A stretch of 64,000 nt of DNA from Candidatus Levyibacteriota bacterium (GTDB taxonomy: Bacteria > Patescibacteriota > Microgenomatia > Levybacterales > UBA12049): the NCBI GenBank assembly GCA_016186645.1, contig JACPLF010000007.1, positions 126,651 to 190,650 of the forward strand, given 5' to 3'. The notes below the pieces were generated by a model. The model did not search any database. It had not been told where the DNA came from and was given only the letters and a program-made list of their open reading frames with translations. Of the stretch, positions 1 through 9,402 are shown piece after piece (the first letter of the stretch is position 1; every line of letters starts with the position of its first letter). The position numbers and the translations under genes were made by a program.

Positions 1-299
1 CAATTTACTATTGCTAATATATCTTCCTGGCTAACTAATGTCCACTCTTCGCTATCAACTTTTACTTCATTTCCTCCCCATTTTTTATACATTACTTTAT
101 CTCCTGCTTTAACAACCATGGGCTCTTTTTTTCCATCTTTATCCATTTTTCCAGCACCAACAGCCATAACAGTTCCTATTTGTGGTTTTTCTTTAGCAGA
201 GTCAGGAAGAATTATTCCGCTTGCTGTTTTTGATTGAACCTCCAAAGGTTTTATTAAAACATTATCGAACAGTGGCTTTAGGTTTTGCTTGCTTGCCAT
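1..299 (-). CDS. groES: co-chaperonin GroES (10 kDa chaperonin), 3' end cut by window edge
   Basis: Reverse-strand translation from ATG at 297-299 reads MASKQNLKPLFDNVLIKPLEVQSKTASGIILPDSAKEKPQIGTVMAVGAGKMDKDGKK...VKAGDKVMYKKWGGNEV..., the canonical GroES mobile loop and length. Absent from the ORF track because it runs off the window. Confidence 0.8.
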   Translation of the reverse strand, partial: MASKQNLKPLFDNVLIKPLEVQSKTASGIILPDSAKEKPQIGTVMAVGAGKMDKDGKKEPMVVKAGDKVMYKKWGGNEVKVDSEEWTLVSQEDILAIVN

Positions 300-394
300 A
301 ATAAATTATCACCTTTAAATAAGTAACTGACAAAATATACACTAAAACCAAAAAACTGTCAAGAGTTAAATGTCAAAAGCTTAAAGAAAGGGTT

Positions 395-421
395 GACACA
401 GATTCATTTCTTCTATACCAT
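395..421 (+). promoter_or_regulatory. possible sigma70-type promoter (TTGACA ... TATACC) upstream of surface-protein gene
   Basis: TTGACA at 395-400 followed about 15 nt later by TATACC, about 20 nt upstream of the ATG at 440; spacing is short, so weak. Confidence 0.25.
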
Positions 422-439
422 GAATTTGTAGGGATTTAT

Positions 440-1315
440 ATGTCCATTTTTTCGTCATACAAAAAAATATTCTTGTTGGGTTTTATCATCATAATCCTTA
501 TTGCAATTCCGTTTTCCGTATATATTGCCCAACAACGTCAGAGAACAACTACCAAAGCTGCCGCTTCTACTACTCTATCTTTTGATCCCGCATCGACAGG
601 AGGAGCTCCTGTTGCTACAAAAGTAGGCGAGACACTGACTTTGAACGTTGTTCTTGATCCTTCAGCCGGCACTCCTGCAAACCAGGTTTCTTTTGTGAAA
701 TTGTCCATCACTTTTGATTCATCCAAATTTACAGCTGAAAGTTTTAAGCCAAGTACAGACCCGAAGAATACCCTTACTTCCGTATTGGAAGAAGCTAGCT
801 TAACCTCCGGCAGAGCAACTATATCTTTATCTATTGGAGCTGATCCGACAAAAGTTGTAACGACAAAAACTAAAATTGCAATTCTAAAACTTAAAGCTCT
901 ATCTGTAACAACGCCTGGCAATCCAAGCAGTGTTACTTTTGGTTCTGACACGCAAGTCTTATCAATCGCTTCCTCCGATCAAACAAGCGAAAATGTTTTG
1001 TCAACAACTAGTCCTGCGATAGTAACTATTAACTCTGCATCTGTTTCAGCGTCGCCCACTCCAACAACTGCAATTCTTACAATTACTCCTACATCTCTTC
1101 CAGGTAATGCCCCATCACCTACGCTCTCGCCTTCAGGAGGAAATGCAGCTTTGATTATTGCTACTTCAGCACCTACTCTTCAGCCTCTTCCAACGCCAAC
1201 ATTCTTTCCGCAAGTAATACTTCCTCCAACAGGACCTTCGGAAAATATATTGGGAATCGGAATTGTCGGAATGATATTTACAATTATCGGAGGGATTCTC
1301 TTTTTACTTCTTTAA
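440..1315 (+). CDS. LPXTG-anchored cell-surface protein (sortase substrate) with Pro/Thr-rich linker
   Basis: N-terminal signal/TM segment; C-terminus ...VILPPTGPSENILGIGIVGMIFTIIGGILFLLL is LPPTG plus a hydrophobic tail; PTPT-rich stalk. Confidence 0.55.
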   Translation: MSIFSSYKKIFLLGFIIIILIAIPFSVYIAQQRQRTTTKAAASTTLSFDPASTGGAPVATKVGETLTLNVVLDPSAGTPANQVSFVKLSITFDSSKFTAESFKPSTDPKNTLTSVLEEASLTSGRATISLSIGADPTKVVTTKTKIAILKLKALSVTTPGNPSSVTFGSDTQVLSIASSDQTSENVLSTTSPAIVTINSASVSASPTPTTAILTITPTSLPGNAPSPTLSPSGGNAALIIATSAPTLQPLPTPTFFPQVILPPTGPSENILGIGIVGMIFTIIGGILFLLL

Positions 1316-3060
1316 TTATTTTCTTCAATAATTGACAGAAGTGCTTCTTGAGGAATAGAGATTTTTGCCTGAGAGATCATTCGGGATTTTCCTTTTTTTT
1401 GAGCTTCCAATAATTTATCTTTTCTTCTTCTGTCCCCGCCACTCATCTTAGCTAAAACATCTTTTCTAAAAGGCGGGGTTTCTTCCCGAGTTACAATGTT
1501 TCCGTCTACAACTCCTTGGATAATTTGTCTGAATTGCTGGCGCGGCAGCGAGTTTTTAAGTCTTTCTGCTTTTTGTCTTGCTACATGAATTGCCTCATCT
1601 TTATATGCAAGCTCTGATAAAATATCAATTGCAATATCATTTACTTTTAGCTCAATTTTCGCCAAATCTGCAACTTTGTAAGAAGTCAATTCGTAATCTA
1701 GACTTGCATAGCCTTTGGATTTGGATTTCAGATCGGATGAAATTCCCCTAATAAACATGCTAAAAGGCATATCATAAGAGAGCGCTGCATAACTTTCATG
1801 ATAATTTAGGTCTAATAAGCTTCCTTTTCGGCTCTGGCAGATGTTCATAATCGGACCTACATAATCTTTAGGCGTATAAACTATCAATTTCATATAAGGC
1901 TCTAGTATTGTTCCATCCTCTCTCTTTTCATATAAGACGTGGGGCATAGTTAATAAAATTTCCAAATTAAATTCCTGCTTTATTCTTTCTTTGACAATCT
2001 GAGCATGTAAAAGTCCCAAAAATCCTACCCTAAAACCGGATCCTAAATAAGACGAATATTCTTCCGTATAAGTTAGGGCAGTGTCGTTAAGAGTCAATTT
2101 TGCAAGCGATTCTTTTAAATAGGCATAATCATTTGTACTTTTTGGATAGACTCCAAAAAACACCATCGGTTTGGGAATCTTGTATCCGGGCAGCGGTTCA
2201 AACTCCGAACTCTGAGCTCCGAACTCTGAACTCCGGACAGTGTCTCCGACACGCACTTTTCGGATATCTTTAACTCCTGTAATAACGTAACCAATTTCAC
2301 CTGTTGTTATTTCATTTGAAGAAACTAAATGGGGGGAGAAATATCCCAAATCTGTAATTTCTGACTCGATATTATTTTGATAAAACTCGATTTTTTCTCC
2401 TTTTTTTACTTGCCCATCAACTATTCTCACATACGCAACTACCCCGCGGAATTCATCATAAACAGCATCAAAAATAAGACCGCGCAGGGTCTTATCTTTT
2501 TCCCCTTTTGGCGCAGGAAGTCTCTTTACAACAGCTTCCAAAAGACTTTCTATATTTTTTCCTGTTTTTGCCGAAATATAAATTATTTCTTCTTCTTTAA
2601 ATCCAAATGTTCCAGCTAATTCTTTGCTTGTTGATTCAATCTGTGCGCTCGGCAAATCTATCTTGTTAACAACAGGTATCATGACTAAATTTTGTTTTTT
2701 GGCTTCTCTGAAATGCGCGACAGTTTGGGCTTGAATTCCCTGAGTTGCATCTACTAATAATATTGCCCCCTCACAAGCCGCCAACGTTCGGGAAACTTCA
2801 TAAGAAAAATCAACATGACCCGGAGTATCTATCAAATTCAGAATGTATAATTCAGAATTAAGAATATATTTCATTCTTACCGGGGCGAGCTTGATTGTTA
2901 TTCCCCGGCGTCTGCTGATTGGATTTTGGTCCAAAAACTGTTCTGTTATTTTTTCCTTGGGGATTGTTTTTGTAATTTCCAAAAGTCTGTCTGCAAGAGT
3001 GGATTTGCCATGATCTACATGAGCAATAATCGCAAAATTCCTAATATTTTTCTGTTCCAT
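1312..3060 (-). CDS. lepA: elongation factor 4 (LepA), translational GTPase
   Basis: N-terminus MEQKNIRNFAIIAHVDHGKSTLADRLLE (G1 motif AHVDHGKST), DTPGHVDF, NKID motifs; about 582 aa. Confidence 0.9.
   Translation of the reverse strand: MEQKNIRNFAIIAHVDHGKSTLADRLLEITKTIPKEKITEQFLDQNPISRRRGITIKLAPVRMKYILNSELYILNLIDTPGHVDFSYEVSRTLAACEGAILLVDATQGIQAQTVAHFREAKKQNLVMIPVVNKIDLPSAQIESTSKELAGTFGFKEEEIIYISAKTGKNIESLLEAVVKRLPAPKGEKDKTLRGLIFDAVYDEFRGVVAYVRIVDGQVKKGEKIEFYQNNIESEITDLGYFSPHLVSSNEITTGEIGYVITGVKDIRKVRVGDTVRSSEFGAQSSEFEPLPGYKIPKPMVFFGVYPKSTNDYAYLKESLAKLTLNDTALTYTEEYSSYLGSGFRVGFLGLLHAQIVKERIKQEFNLEILLTMPHVLYEKREDGTILEPYMKLIVYTPKDYVGPIMNICQSRKGSLLDLNYHESYAALSYDMPFSMFIRGISSDLKSKSKGYASLDYELTSYKVADLAKIELKVNDIAIDILSELAYKDEAIHVARQKAERLKNSLPRQQFRQIIQGVVDGNIVTREETPPFRKDVLAKMSGGDRRRKDKLLEAQKKGKSRMISQAKISIPQEALLSIIEENN
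2202..2237. repeat. 14-nt tandem repeat (ctccgaactctga x2 plus partial) in-frame inside lepA
   Basis: Direct tandem copies at 2202-2216, 2217-2230 and partial 2231-2237; encodes SSEFGAQSSEFEP on the minus strand without breaking the ORF. Confidence 0.7.
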
Positions 3061-3081
3061 TGGGGAATATTATACTATTTT

Positions 3082-4749
3082 CTATGGATTAATGCGGGTG
3101 ACATCAATTGCTTCGTCTCTTTTGCTAAGGATTTCTTTCCAATTTCCTATTTTCTTAAAAATTAACAAAAATGTTGTTGCTTCTTTGACGTTGAAAAGCC
3201 AGGTTAAAAAAAGATAAAAAGAGAGTCCAATTAAACTTGATATTCCGGTCAGAAATATTAAATTTATTGTTCGTGTAGTATCAAAAACTAACTGATCTAA
3301 TAATTTTACAGGAACATATAAGGCAATACCTGTAAAAAAAGTCGCTAAGAAGATTTTAAGCGGAGAGAGAAATAATAAACCCCTAGGGAATCCTTGGACT
3401 TTTTTATTCAGAACAATAATAAGAGTGATTAATTGAAGAATATTGGTTAAGGTAAACGCGAATGCGATACTTTCAATGTTCATCTGCTTGATAATAACAA
3501 AATAATATCCAAGTATTATAAGTAATGTCGTAGAAAAGCCGCTGACAATAAGAGGAATTAACGAGTTGTGTAATGCATAAAATGCGCGATAGAAAAGAAC
3601 AATTAGAGCTTGCGCAAAAATAGAAATAGATAAGAAGGCTAAAATATGACCGGTTAGAACTGTTGCTGGCCAATCAAATTTATCTGCTCCGAAAGCCAGA
3701 CGCACGATTGGTATTCTAAGAACAAGTATAAGAATCGAGATTGGAAGAATAAGATATAGCATTTGATTGAAGCTCGTAATAAAGGTTATTTTAAAATCAT
3801 TAAGATTATTTTTTTCTCGTGAAAGAACAGGAAAAGCTGCCTGGGCAATACTGAATCCAACCAAAGAAATTGGAGCAAACATAAGCGTCTTTGCCGCATT
3901 AAAGAGTAAATGTGTGCGTCCAGGCTCAATCATAAATGCTATAATTGCAGCAAGAATAATTGTCCCTATTTGCTGTACAGCTACTTGAATCGTGCGTGGC
4001 CACATAAGCGTAAATATCTTATTGAGTCCTTTTGATTTGATAAAATTGATTGTCGGTCTAAAAGAAAATCCGACTTTTCTGGCAAGTGGAATTTGAAACA
4101 AAACAAAAATCACAGCACCCAAAACAACCCCAAGGGGAATAGCATAAATTCCGAAAAACTGATTGAATAACAAAATACCAAATATTATTCCTACATTGTA
4201 AAATGCCGCCGCAATTCCAGGTATAAAAAAATGGTTGTATGATTGCAGCATTGCGCTAAAAAAAGTACCAATTATATAGATAAGCTGGCCAACGACAATT
4301 ATCCGCATTAGATTAGCCATTAATTGCATGTCGCCGCTGGAAAAATTATGTCCACCATTAAAAATAGCAAGTAGTTGAGAAGCAAATATAGCAAGAGTTA
4401 GAGAAAGAATAATGAAAATAGCAAGCCCGACAGAAAGAAGCGTTGATGCCATTTCATGCGCAGATTTTTCCTCCCCTTTTACCAAATACTCAGAAAAAAC
4501 CGGTATAAATGCAGATGTAAGCGCTGCTGCAATAGTTAACTGAAAGATAGTGTCAGGAAGAATTGACGCATAATCGTAAATTCCTAAAGTGTTTGATGGG
4601 CCAAAAATAGAGAATGATAACCTCGTGCGGATAAGACCCAGAATATGAGACAAAACAACAGTTGTCATAATAATAAAAGCGGCGGAGAGAATATTGGTTT
4701 GACGAGTAAGAAGTATATTGATACTTTTCTTTAAAAAGTTCTGGGCCAT
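3082..4749 (-). CDS. murJ: lipid II flippase MurJ (MviN family)
   Basis: 555 aa, about 14 predicted TM helices; MurJ-like N-terminal region and conserved Arg/Asp positions; adjacent to cell-envelope genes. Confidence 0.8.
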   Translation of the reverse strand: MAQNFLKKSINILLTRQTNILSAAFIIMTTVVLSHILGLIRTRLSFSIFGPSNTLGIYDYASILPDTIFQLTIAAALTSAFIPVFSEYLVKGEEKSAHEMASTLLSVGLAIFIILSLTLAIFASQLLAIFNGGHNFSSGDMQLMANLMRIIVVGQLIYIIGTFFSAMLQSYNHFFIPGIAAAFYNVGIIFGILLFNQFFGIYAIPLGVVLGAVIFVLFQIPLARKVGFSFRPTINFIKSKGLNKIFTLMWPRTIQVAVQQIGTIILAAIIAFMIEPGRTHLLFNAAKTLMFAPISLVGFSIAQAAFPVLSREKNNLNDFKITFITSFNQMLYLILPISILILVLRIPIVRLAFGADKFDWPATVLTGHILAFLSISIFAQALIVLFYRAFYALHNSLIPLIVSGFSTTLLIILGYYFVIIKQMNIESIAFAFTLTNILQLITLIIVLNKKVQGFPRGLLFLSPLKIFLATFFTGIALYVPVKLLDQLVFDTTRTINLIFLTGISSLIGLSFYLFLTWLFNVKEATTFLLIFKKIGNWKEILSKRDEAIDVTRINP

Positions 4750-4786
4750 GATTGTATTTTATAGTATAGCATGCTAAAATAACCCA

Positions 4787-5050
4787 ATGCCAGTAATAAG
4801 AAGTGCCAAGAAAAAATTAAGAGTTGACAAAAAAAGAGAGGCTGCCAACAAAAAAATTAAGGCTTTTGTTAATTTGGTCGTTAAAAAGGCCCAAAGAAAA
4901 CCGACTCCGGCAAGCATACAAGCAGCTTTTAGAGCAATCGATAAAGCTGTTAAGAAAGATATATTTCACAAAAATAAAGCTGCGAGACTAAAGTCAAGAT
5001 TATCAAAACTCCTCCCAAAAACTCCAAAAAGCAAAACTATCAAAAAATAG
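4787..5050 (+). CDS. rpsT: 30S ribosomal protein S20
   Basis: MPVIRSAKKKLRVDKKREAANKKIKAF..., 87 aa, highly basic; typical S20. Confidence 0.85.
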   Translation: MPVIRSAKKKLRVDKKREAANKKIKAFVNLVVKKAQRKPTPASIQAAFRAIDKAVKKDIFHKNKAARLKSRLSKLLPKTPKSKTIKK

Positions 5051-5094
5051 CTCCTAAGTGCTTTGACAAAAAGATCAAATTCCCCTAGACTAAA

Positions 5095-5631
5095 TTGGCT
5101 ATGCCAAATAATCTGTCCTCTATAAATCTTATCAAAAATAAACAGATTCCTCTTTTTGATAAGTTTATGAACTGGGCCCTAACAGTAGGCCGCTTGATTG
5201 TAATATTTACAGAAATAGTAGCAGTTTCAGCTTTTATTTATAGATTTTCCCTGGATGAGAGACTTATTGACCTTCACTCTGCGATCAAACAAAAACAGGC
5301 TTTGATCTCACTTTTAAAGCAAGATGAAACTAAATATAGAAATTTACAGAATCGTATCGCCCTAGCGTCTACGCTTTCTGAAAAAAATGAAAAAACTAAC
5401 AAGATAGTTTTAAATATTACAGACTTAATACCCCAGGGAGTAAGAATCAGTAATTTGACTTTCAATCAAGACAAAATAACCATAAACGCAAATGTAAATT
5501 CCGTATCATCATTAACGGATTTCATAAATACCCTTAGAGATTACCCAGATGTTAAATCTATAAGTATAGCCAACATCGAAAATAAGCCTTTGGTCGGCCT
5601 TTCGGTCACTGTTACAACAACACTTAAATAA
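5095..5631 (+). CDS. pilN: type IV pilus assembly protein PilN-like (single N-terminal TM)
   Basis: About 178 aa, short cytoplasmic N-terminus, one TM helix, periplasmic coiled-coil; followed by a PilO-like gene. Confidence 0.5.
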   Translation: MAMPNNLSSINLIKNKQIPLFDKFMNWALTVGRLIVIFTEIVAVSAFIYRFSLDERLIDLHSAIKQKQALISLLKQDETKYRNLQNRIALASTLSEKNEKTNKIVLNITDLIPQGVRISNLTFNQDKITINANVNSVSSLTDFINTLRDYPDVKSISIANIENKPLVGLSVTVTTTLK

Positions 5632-5634
5632 AAT

Positions 5635-6252
5635 ATGCAAGATATAGCTCAAGAAATAGCAAAAATTAAATATTTCCCAAAACTTCCATATTTAAGTGAA
5701 GAAAGAAGTCACAAGTTCCTTACTATAGCATTAACTCTTCTTGCTTTGTCGTTTTTTGGACTTTTTGCTATAAATCCAACCGTCTCAACTATCTTAAAAT
5801 TGAAAAAAGAACTTTCAGATAGTGAATTCATCCATAGAGAGCTGGAAACTAAAATAAAAAATTTAGGTATACTTAGAAATCAGTACAATAATATACAAAC
5901 TGATTTGCCAATTGTTACAGATGCTATAACCACGCAGCCGGATGTTCATATCCTCTTTGCCCAAGTGCAAGCCGCCAGCCAAAGATCAAATGTAAAGATA
6001 AAAAAACTTCAAAATTTCGAAGTAGAAGTCATCAAAAATGAAAAGACACTGAATAAAGATTATTATTCCTATTCTTTTGCGATCGCGGGTAGCGGCGCTT
6101 TTGAAGATATATCTGATTTCGTCACAACCATTACAAATATGCAAAGAGTTATTGATATTGATGTGTTCTCTATAAGCAGCGCAACTACACAAGCTAGTCA
6201 GTCTTTGGAATTCAACATTCAGGCAACAGCTTTTTTCAAGGATAATTTATGA
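5635..6252 (+). CDS. pilO: type IV pilus assembly protein PilO-like
   Basis: 205 aa, N-terminal TM helix, coiled-coil then alpha/beta C-terminal region; gene order pilN-pilO. Confidence 0.45.
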   Translation: MQDIAQEIAKIKYFPKLPYLSEERSHKFLTIALTLLALSFFGLFAINPTVSTILKLKKELSDSEFIHRELETKIKNLGILRNQYNNIQTDLPIVTDAITTQPDVHILFAQVQAASQRSNVKIKKLQNFEVEVIKNEKTLNKDYYSYSFAIAGSGAFEDISDFVTTITNMQRVIDIDVFSISSATTQASQSLEFNIQATAFFKDNL

Positions 6253-6545
6253 AACGAAAAGATTTTTTGATAATTCTGGTTCTTCTTTTTATTTTTGTTA
6301 TTGCCTGGATAGCAGGAAATATTTATCACAGTATCGCCACTTCAACGATATCTAATACAACAAATCAGGATATATCTCCAATTAGTCCTGCCTTTGACAC
6401 AAAGACTGTTGATAAGCTTAGGCAGAGACAAAAAGTAAATCCCGTTTTTGAGTTGAGCAATACCGCCCCAACTCCTACCCCTTTCCCTCTTGAGATATTA
6501 TCTCCTCCAGAATCATCTGAAGAAGCAAGATTAATATTGCCATGA
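6249..6545 (+). CDS. small membrane-anchored protein (PilP-like?) with PTPTP tail
   Basis: 98 aa, N-terminal TM helix, Pro/Thr-rich C-terminus; 4-nt overlap with upstream and downstream genes. Confidence 0.3.
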   Translation: MKRKDFLIILVLLFIFVIAWIAGNIYHSIATSTISNTTNQDISPISPAFDTKTVDKLRQRQKVNPVFELSNTAPTPTPFPLEILSPPESSEEARLILP

Positions 6546-7858
6546 AAAATCAATTACTTAATAAACGCATCCCCACCATCTTTGTTGTTGGGTTAATATT
6601 ATTAGGCATAGTCTTAACAACGCTTATTGTAAGAATGCAGACAAATCTCAAGAGCAATGCATCAAATTCGGAAGAACCGAAAAATGTAAAGATTACAAAT
6701 CTATCAGATAAATCTTTTACCATAACTTACCAAACGCAAGCGCTCACCACTGGGTCTGTAAGTTACGGCAACAGTAAACAGCTGGGAAATACAGAAGTGG
6801 AAGATCTTAATCCTAAAAATATTCACAGTATCAGTATACAAAAACTTGATCCTTCAACGAGATATTATCTTGTTGTAATTTCTGGTCAAAACACCTTTTT
6901 AAATAATGGCTCCCCCTTTGAGATTTCAACAGGACCTAATATCTCTTCTCCTTCTGCAGTACAGACAGCTATAAAAGGAAAGGTTCTTTTACCTGATGGG
7001 AAAGCACCTACGCAAGCACTTGTATATTTAAGCTCAGATAGTTCGCAGGTTTTGTCTACAACTGTCCAAAAAGATGGGGAATTTAGTTTTTCTCTAAAAG
7101 AACTTCGGACAAATAACCTTTCTTCATACTTTGGATTCAACGAGAATACGGTTTTTGAACTTTTGGCTGTAGATAATTCCTTAAAATCAAAAGTCTCATT
7201 TTCTTTAAATGAGACAGGTTCACTTCCCACAATTACATTGTCCAATGATTATGATTTTACTAAAGATTTTGTATCAGATGCTTCAAGTTCTGCGCAAGTC
7301 GGTTTCCCCTCTACGGCAGTCAGTTCTGAAAATTTGAAACCAGAGATATTAACTCCAAAAAAAGATCAGTCTTTCACCGATCAAAAACCGCAATTTCGCG
7401 GAACAAGTTTGCCAAATGAAGATGTGGAAATAGTAATTCATTCTGATGAAAATATACAAACTCAAGTAACAGCAGACAGTAATGGCAACTGGACATATCG
7501 TCCTCCCAATAATCTTTCTCCGGGACCTCATACGATAACAGTTAAAACTCGTGATTCATCCGGCATATTAACAACCATAATGCAGTCTTTTATTGTATTC
7601 GCACAGGGTTCCCAAGTATCAGAATCTGCTACCCCTTCCGCTGCTCCCACTCAACAGATCACGCCAACTTTGATCCCTACACTCACCCCAACACCCTTTC
7701 CATCCCCAACAATTACTCCTACTCCGTTACCAGTCTTTGTAGAGACCAAGGGTGGTTTGCCGCCAACAGGAGATTCTTCAATCCTGTTAATTATGGGAGG
7801 GGTTGTTAGTACAATTTTTGGGATCGCATTATTCCTGCTAACACGCACCGCCTTATGA
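6542..7858 (+). CDS. LPXTG-anchored surface protein with Ig-like/FN3-like beta domains
   Basis: Signal/TM at N-terminus; C-terminal ...TKGGLPPTGDSSILLIMGGVVSTIFGIALFLLTRTAL is LPPTG + TM + basic tail; PT-rich linker. Confidence 0.55.
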   Translation: MKNQLLNKRIPTIFVVGLILLGIVLTTLIVRMQTNLKSNASNSEEPKNVKITNLSDKSFTITYQTQALTTGSVSYGNSKQLGNTEVEDLNPKNIHSISIQKLDPSTRYYLVVISGQNTFLNNGSPFEISTGPNISSPSAVQTAIKGKVLLPDGKAPTQALVYLSSDSSQVLSTTVQKDGEFSFSLKELRTNNLSSYFGFNENTVFELLAVDNSLKSKVSFSLNETGSLPTITLSNDYDFTKDFVSDASSSAQVGFPSTAVSSENLKPEILTPKKDQSFTDQKPQFRGTSLPNEDVEIVIHSDENIQTQVTADSNGNWTYRPPNNLSPGPHTITVKTRDSSGILTTIMQSFIVFAQGSQVSESATPSAAPTQQITPTLIPTLTPTPFPSPTITPTPLPVFVETKGGLPPTGDSSILLIMGGVVSTIFGIALFLLTRTAL

Positions 7859-9402
7859 TGGTGTTTTTATTGATTTTAATTGGCGGATTTTTTCGCTTTT
7901 ACAATTTGGATTGGGGCAGCCCTTTTTATTTTCACCCTGATGAAAGAAATATTGCATCTTCTGTATTACAGATCAATTTCCCCAATCAGATGAACCCTCA
8001 TTTTTTTGCTTATGGATCTTTTCCTATATATTTAATTTATTTTACAGCTTTTTTTTTAAATTTAGTTAGCAAATCCCAACTGACTTTTGAACAAGCGCTT
8101 ATTATCAGCCGGTTCTATTCTGCAATTTTATCCGTACTTCTTATTCCCTCCATTTATTACATAGGAAGCAAATTAGCAAATAAAAACGTTGGGCTTATTG
8201 CAGCAGTATTTTGTACTTTTAGTGTTGGTCTGATTCAATTTTCTCATTTTGGAACATTTGAAATTTGGCTTACTTTTTTAGGTCTTTGGCTCTTTTATTT
8301 TTCCCTAAAATTATTAAAACAATTAGATTTTAAAGATATCATTACGGTTGGACTAATATCCGGACTTCTTGCAGCAACAAAGATTTCCTCTCTACCTCTT
8401 CTGATGATCCCTATGTTTTCTATATTAATAAGTTATTTATCACACAATAAATTATTCAAACATATCTTATATGGCTTGTCGCTAATATTTATCTCCTGCA
8501 TCTTATTTTACGCTGTTTCTCCTTATGTTTTTCTGGATACTTCTTCTTTTATAGCAAGCATGAGGCATGAGTCTTCTGTTGCTTTGGGAACATTATCTGT
8601 TTTTTATACGGGTGGCTTTTTCAATTCTATTCCTGTTATTTTCCAGTTTACGAAAATTTATCCATTTTTACTTAATCCAGCCTTGACTATCTTATTTATT
8701 CCTTCCCTAATTTATGTTATTTATTTTTTTCTGAAAAAACGGCATTATCCTCAATTACTTGTAGTCGCTTGTTTTTTATTACTTTTTTTCTCCCAAGCTT
8801 TTCTTTTTGCCAAATGGACAAGATATATATTGCCCACTTTGCCATTTGTATATTTAATAATTGCAATTTTTATAGATAAATTTATCAATAAAAAAATATT
8901 GCAAATCATATTTCTTATTTGCATAGTTTTTTCATGTTCTTATTTTATTGACAGTTTTGCAAGAAAGGATACCCGTATCCAGGCAAGTCTTTGGGCAAAA
9001 GAAAATATTCCTTCCAGCTCACGAGTATTAAGTGAGGTTTATGATTTGGGAATAGTCCCATTTAATCAATATCTGCCAAATATTTCCTTATTCAATTTTT
9101 ATGACTTAGATCAAACCCCCGACAAACCCTTGGAGCTTGATAAATTCTTATTAGAAAGTGGATATATTATTTTACCTAGTCAGAGAATTATACAAACTCG
9201 TATGATGAATAAAGACGAATTTCCCAATGGATATAAGTTTTACAATGAACTTATAAATGAGAAATTGGGATATAAAAAGGTTTACGAAACTTCTTGTGAT
9301 CTATTCTGCAAAATAATATATCTTGGAGATCCGGTTTTTTCATTCGAGGAAACTGCAAATGTTTTCGACCGCCCTACTGTTTTTATCTTTAAAAGAATGT
9401 GA
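7855..9402 (+). CDS. GT-C fold membrane glycosyltransferase (GT39/PMT_2-like, HPDER loop motif)
   Basis: 515 aa polytopic membrane protein; N-terminal loop FYNLDWGSPFYFHPDERNIASS; paralogous to the next gene. Confidence 0.55.
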   Translation: MMVFLLILIGGFFRFYNLDWGSPFYFHPDERNIASSVLQINFPNQMNPHFFAYGSFPIYLIYFTAFFLNLVSKSQLTFEQALIISRFYSAILSVLLIPSIYYIGSKLANKNVGLIAAVFCTFSVGLIQFSHFGTFEIWLTFLGLWLFYFSLKLLKQLDFKDIITVGLISGLLAATKISSLPLLMIPMFSILISYLSHNKLFKHILYGLSLIFISCILFYAVSPYVFLDTSSFIASMRHESSVALGTLSVFYTGGFFNSIPVIFQFTKIYPFLLNPALTILFIPSLIYVIYFFLKKRHYPQLLVVACFLLLFFSQAFLFAKWTRYILPTLPFVYLIIAIFIDKFINKKILQIIFLICIVFSCSYFIDSFARKDTRIQASLWAKENIPSSSRVLSEVYDLGIVPFNQYLPNISLFNFYDLDQTPDKPLELDKFLLESGYIILPSQRIIQTRMMNKDEFPNGYKFYNELINEKLGYKKVYETSCDLFCKIIYLGDPVFSFEETANVFDRPTVFIFKRM

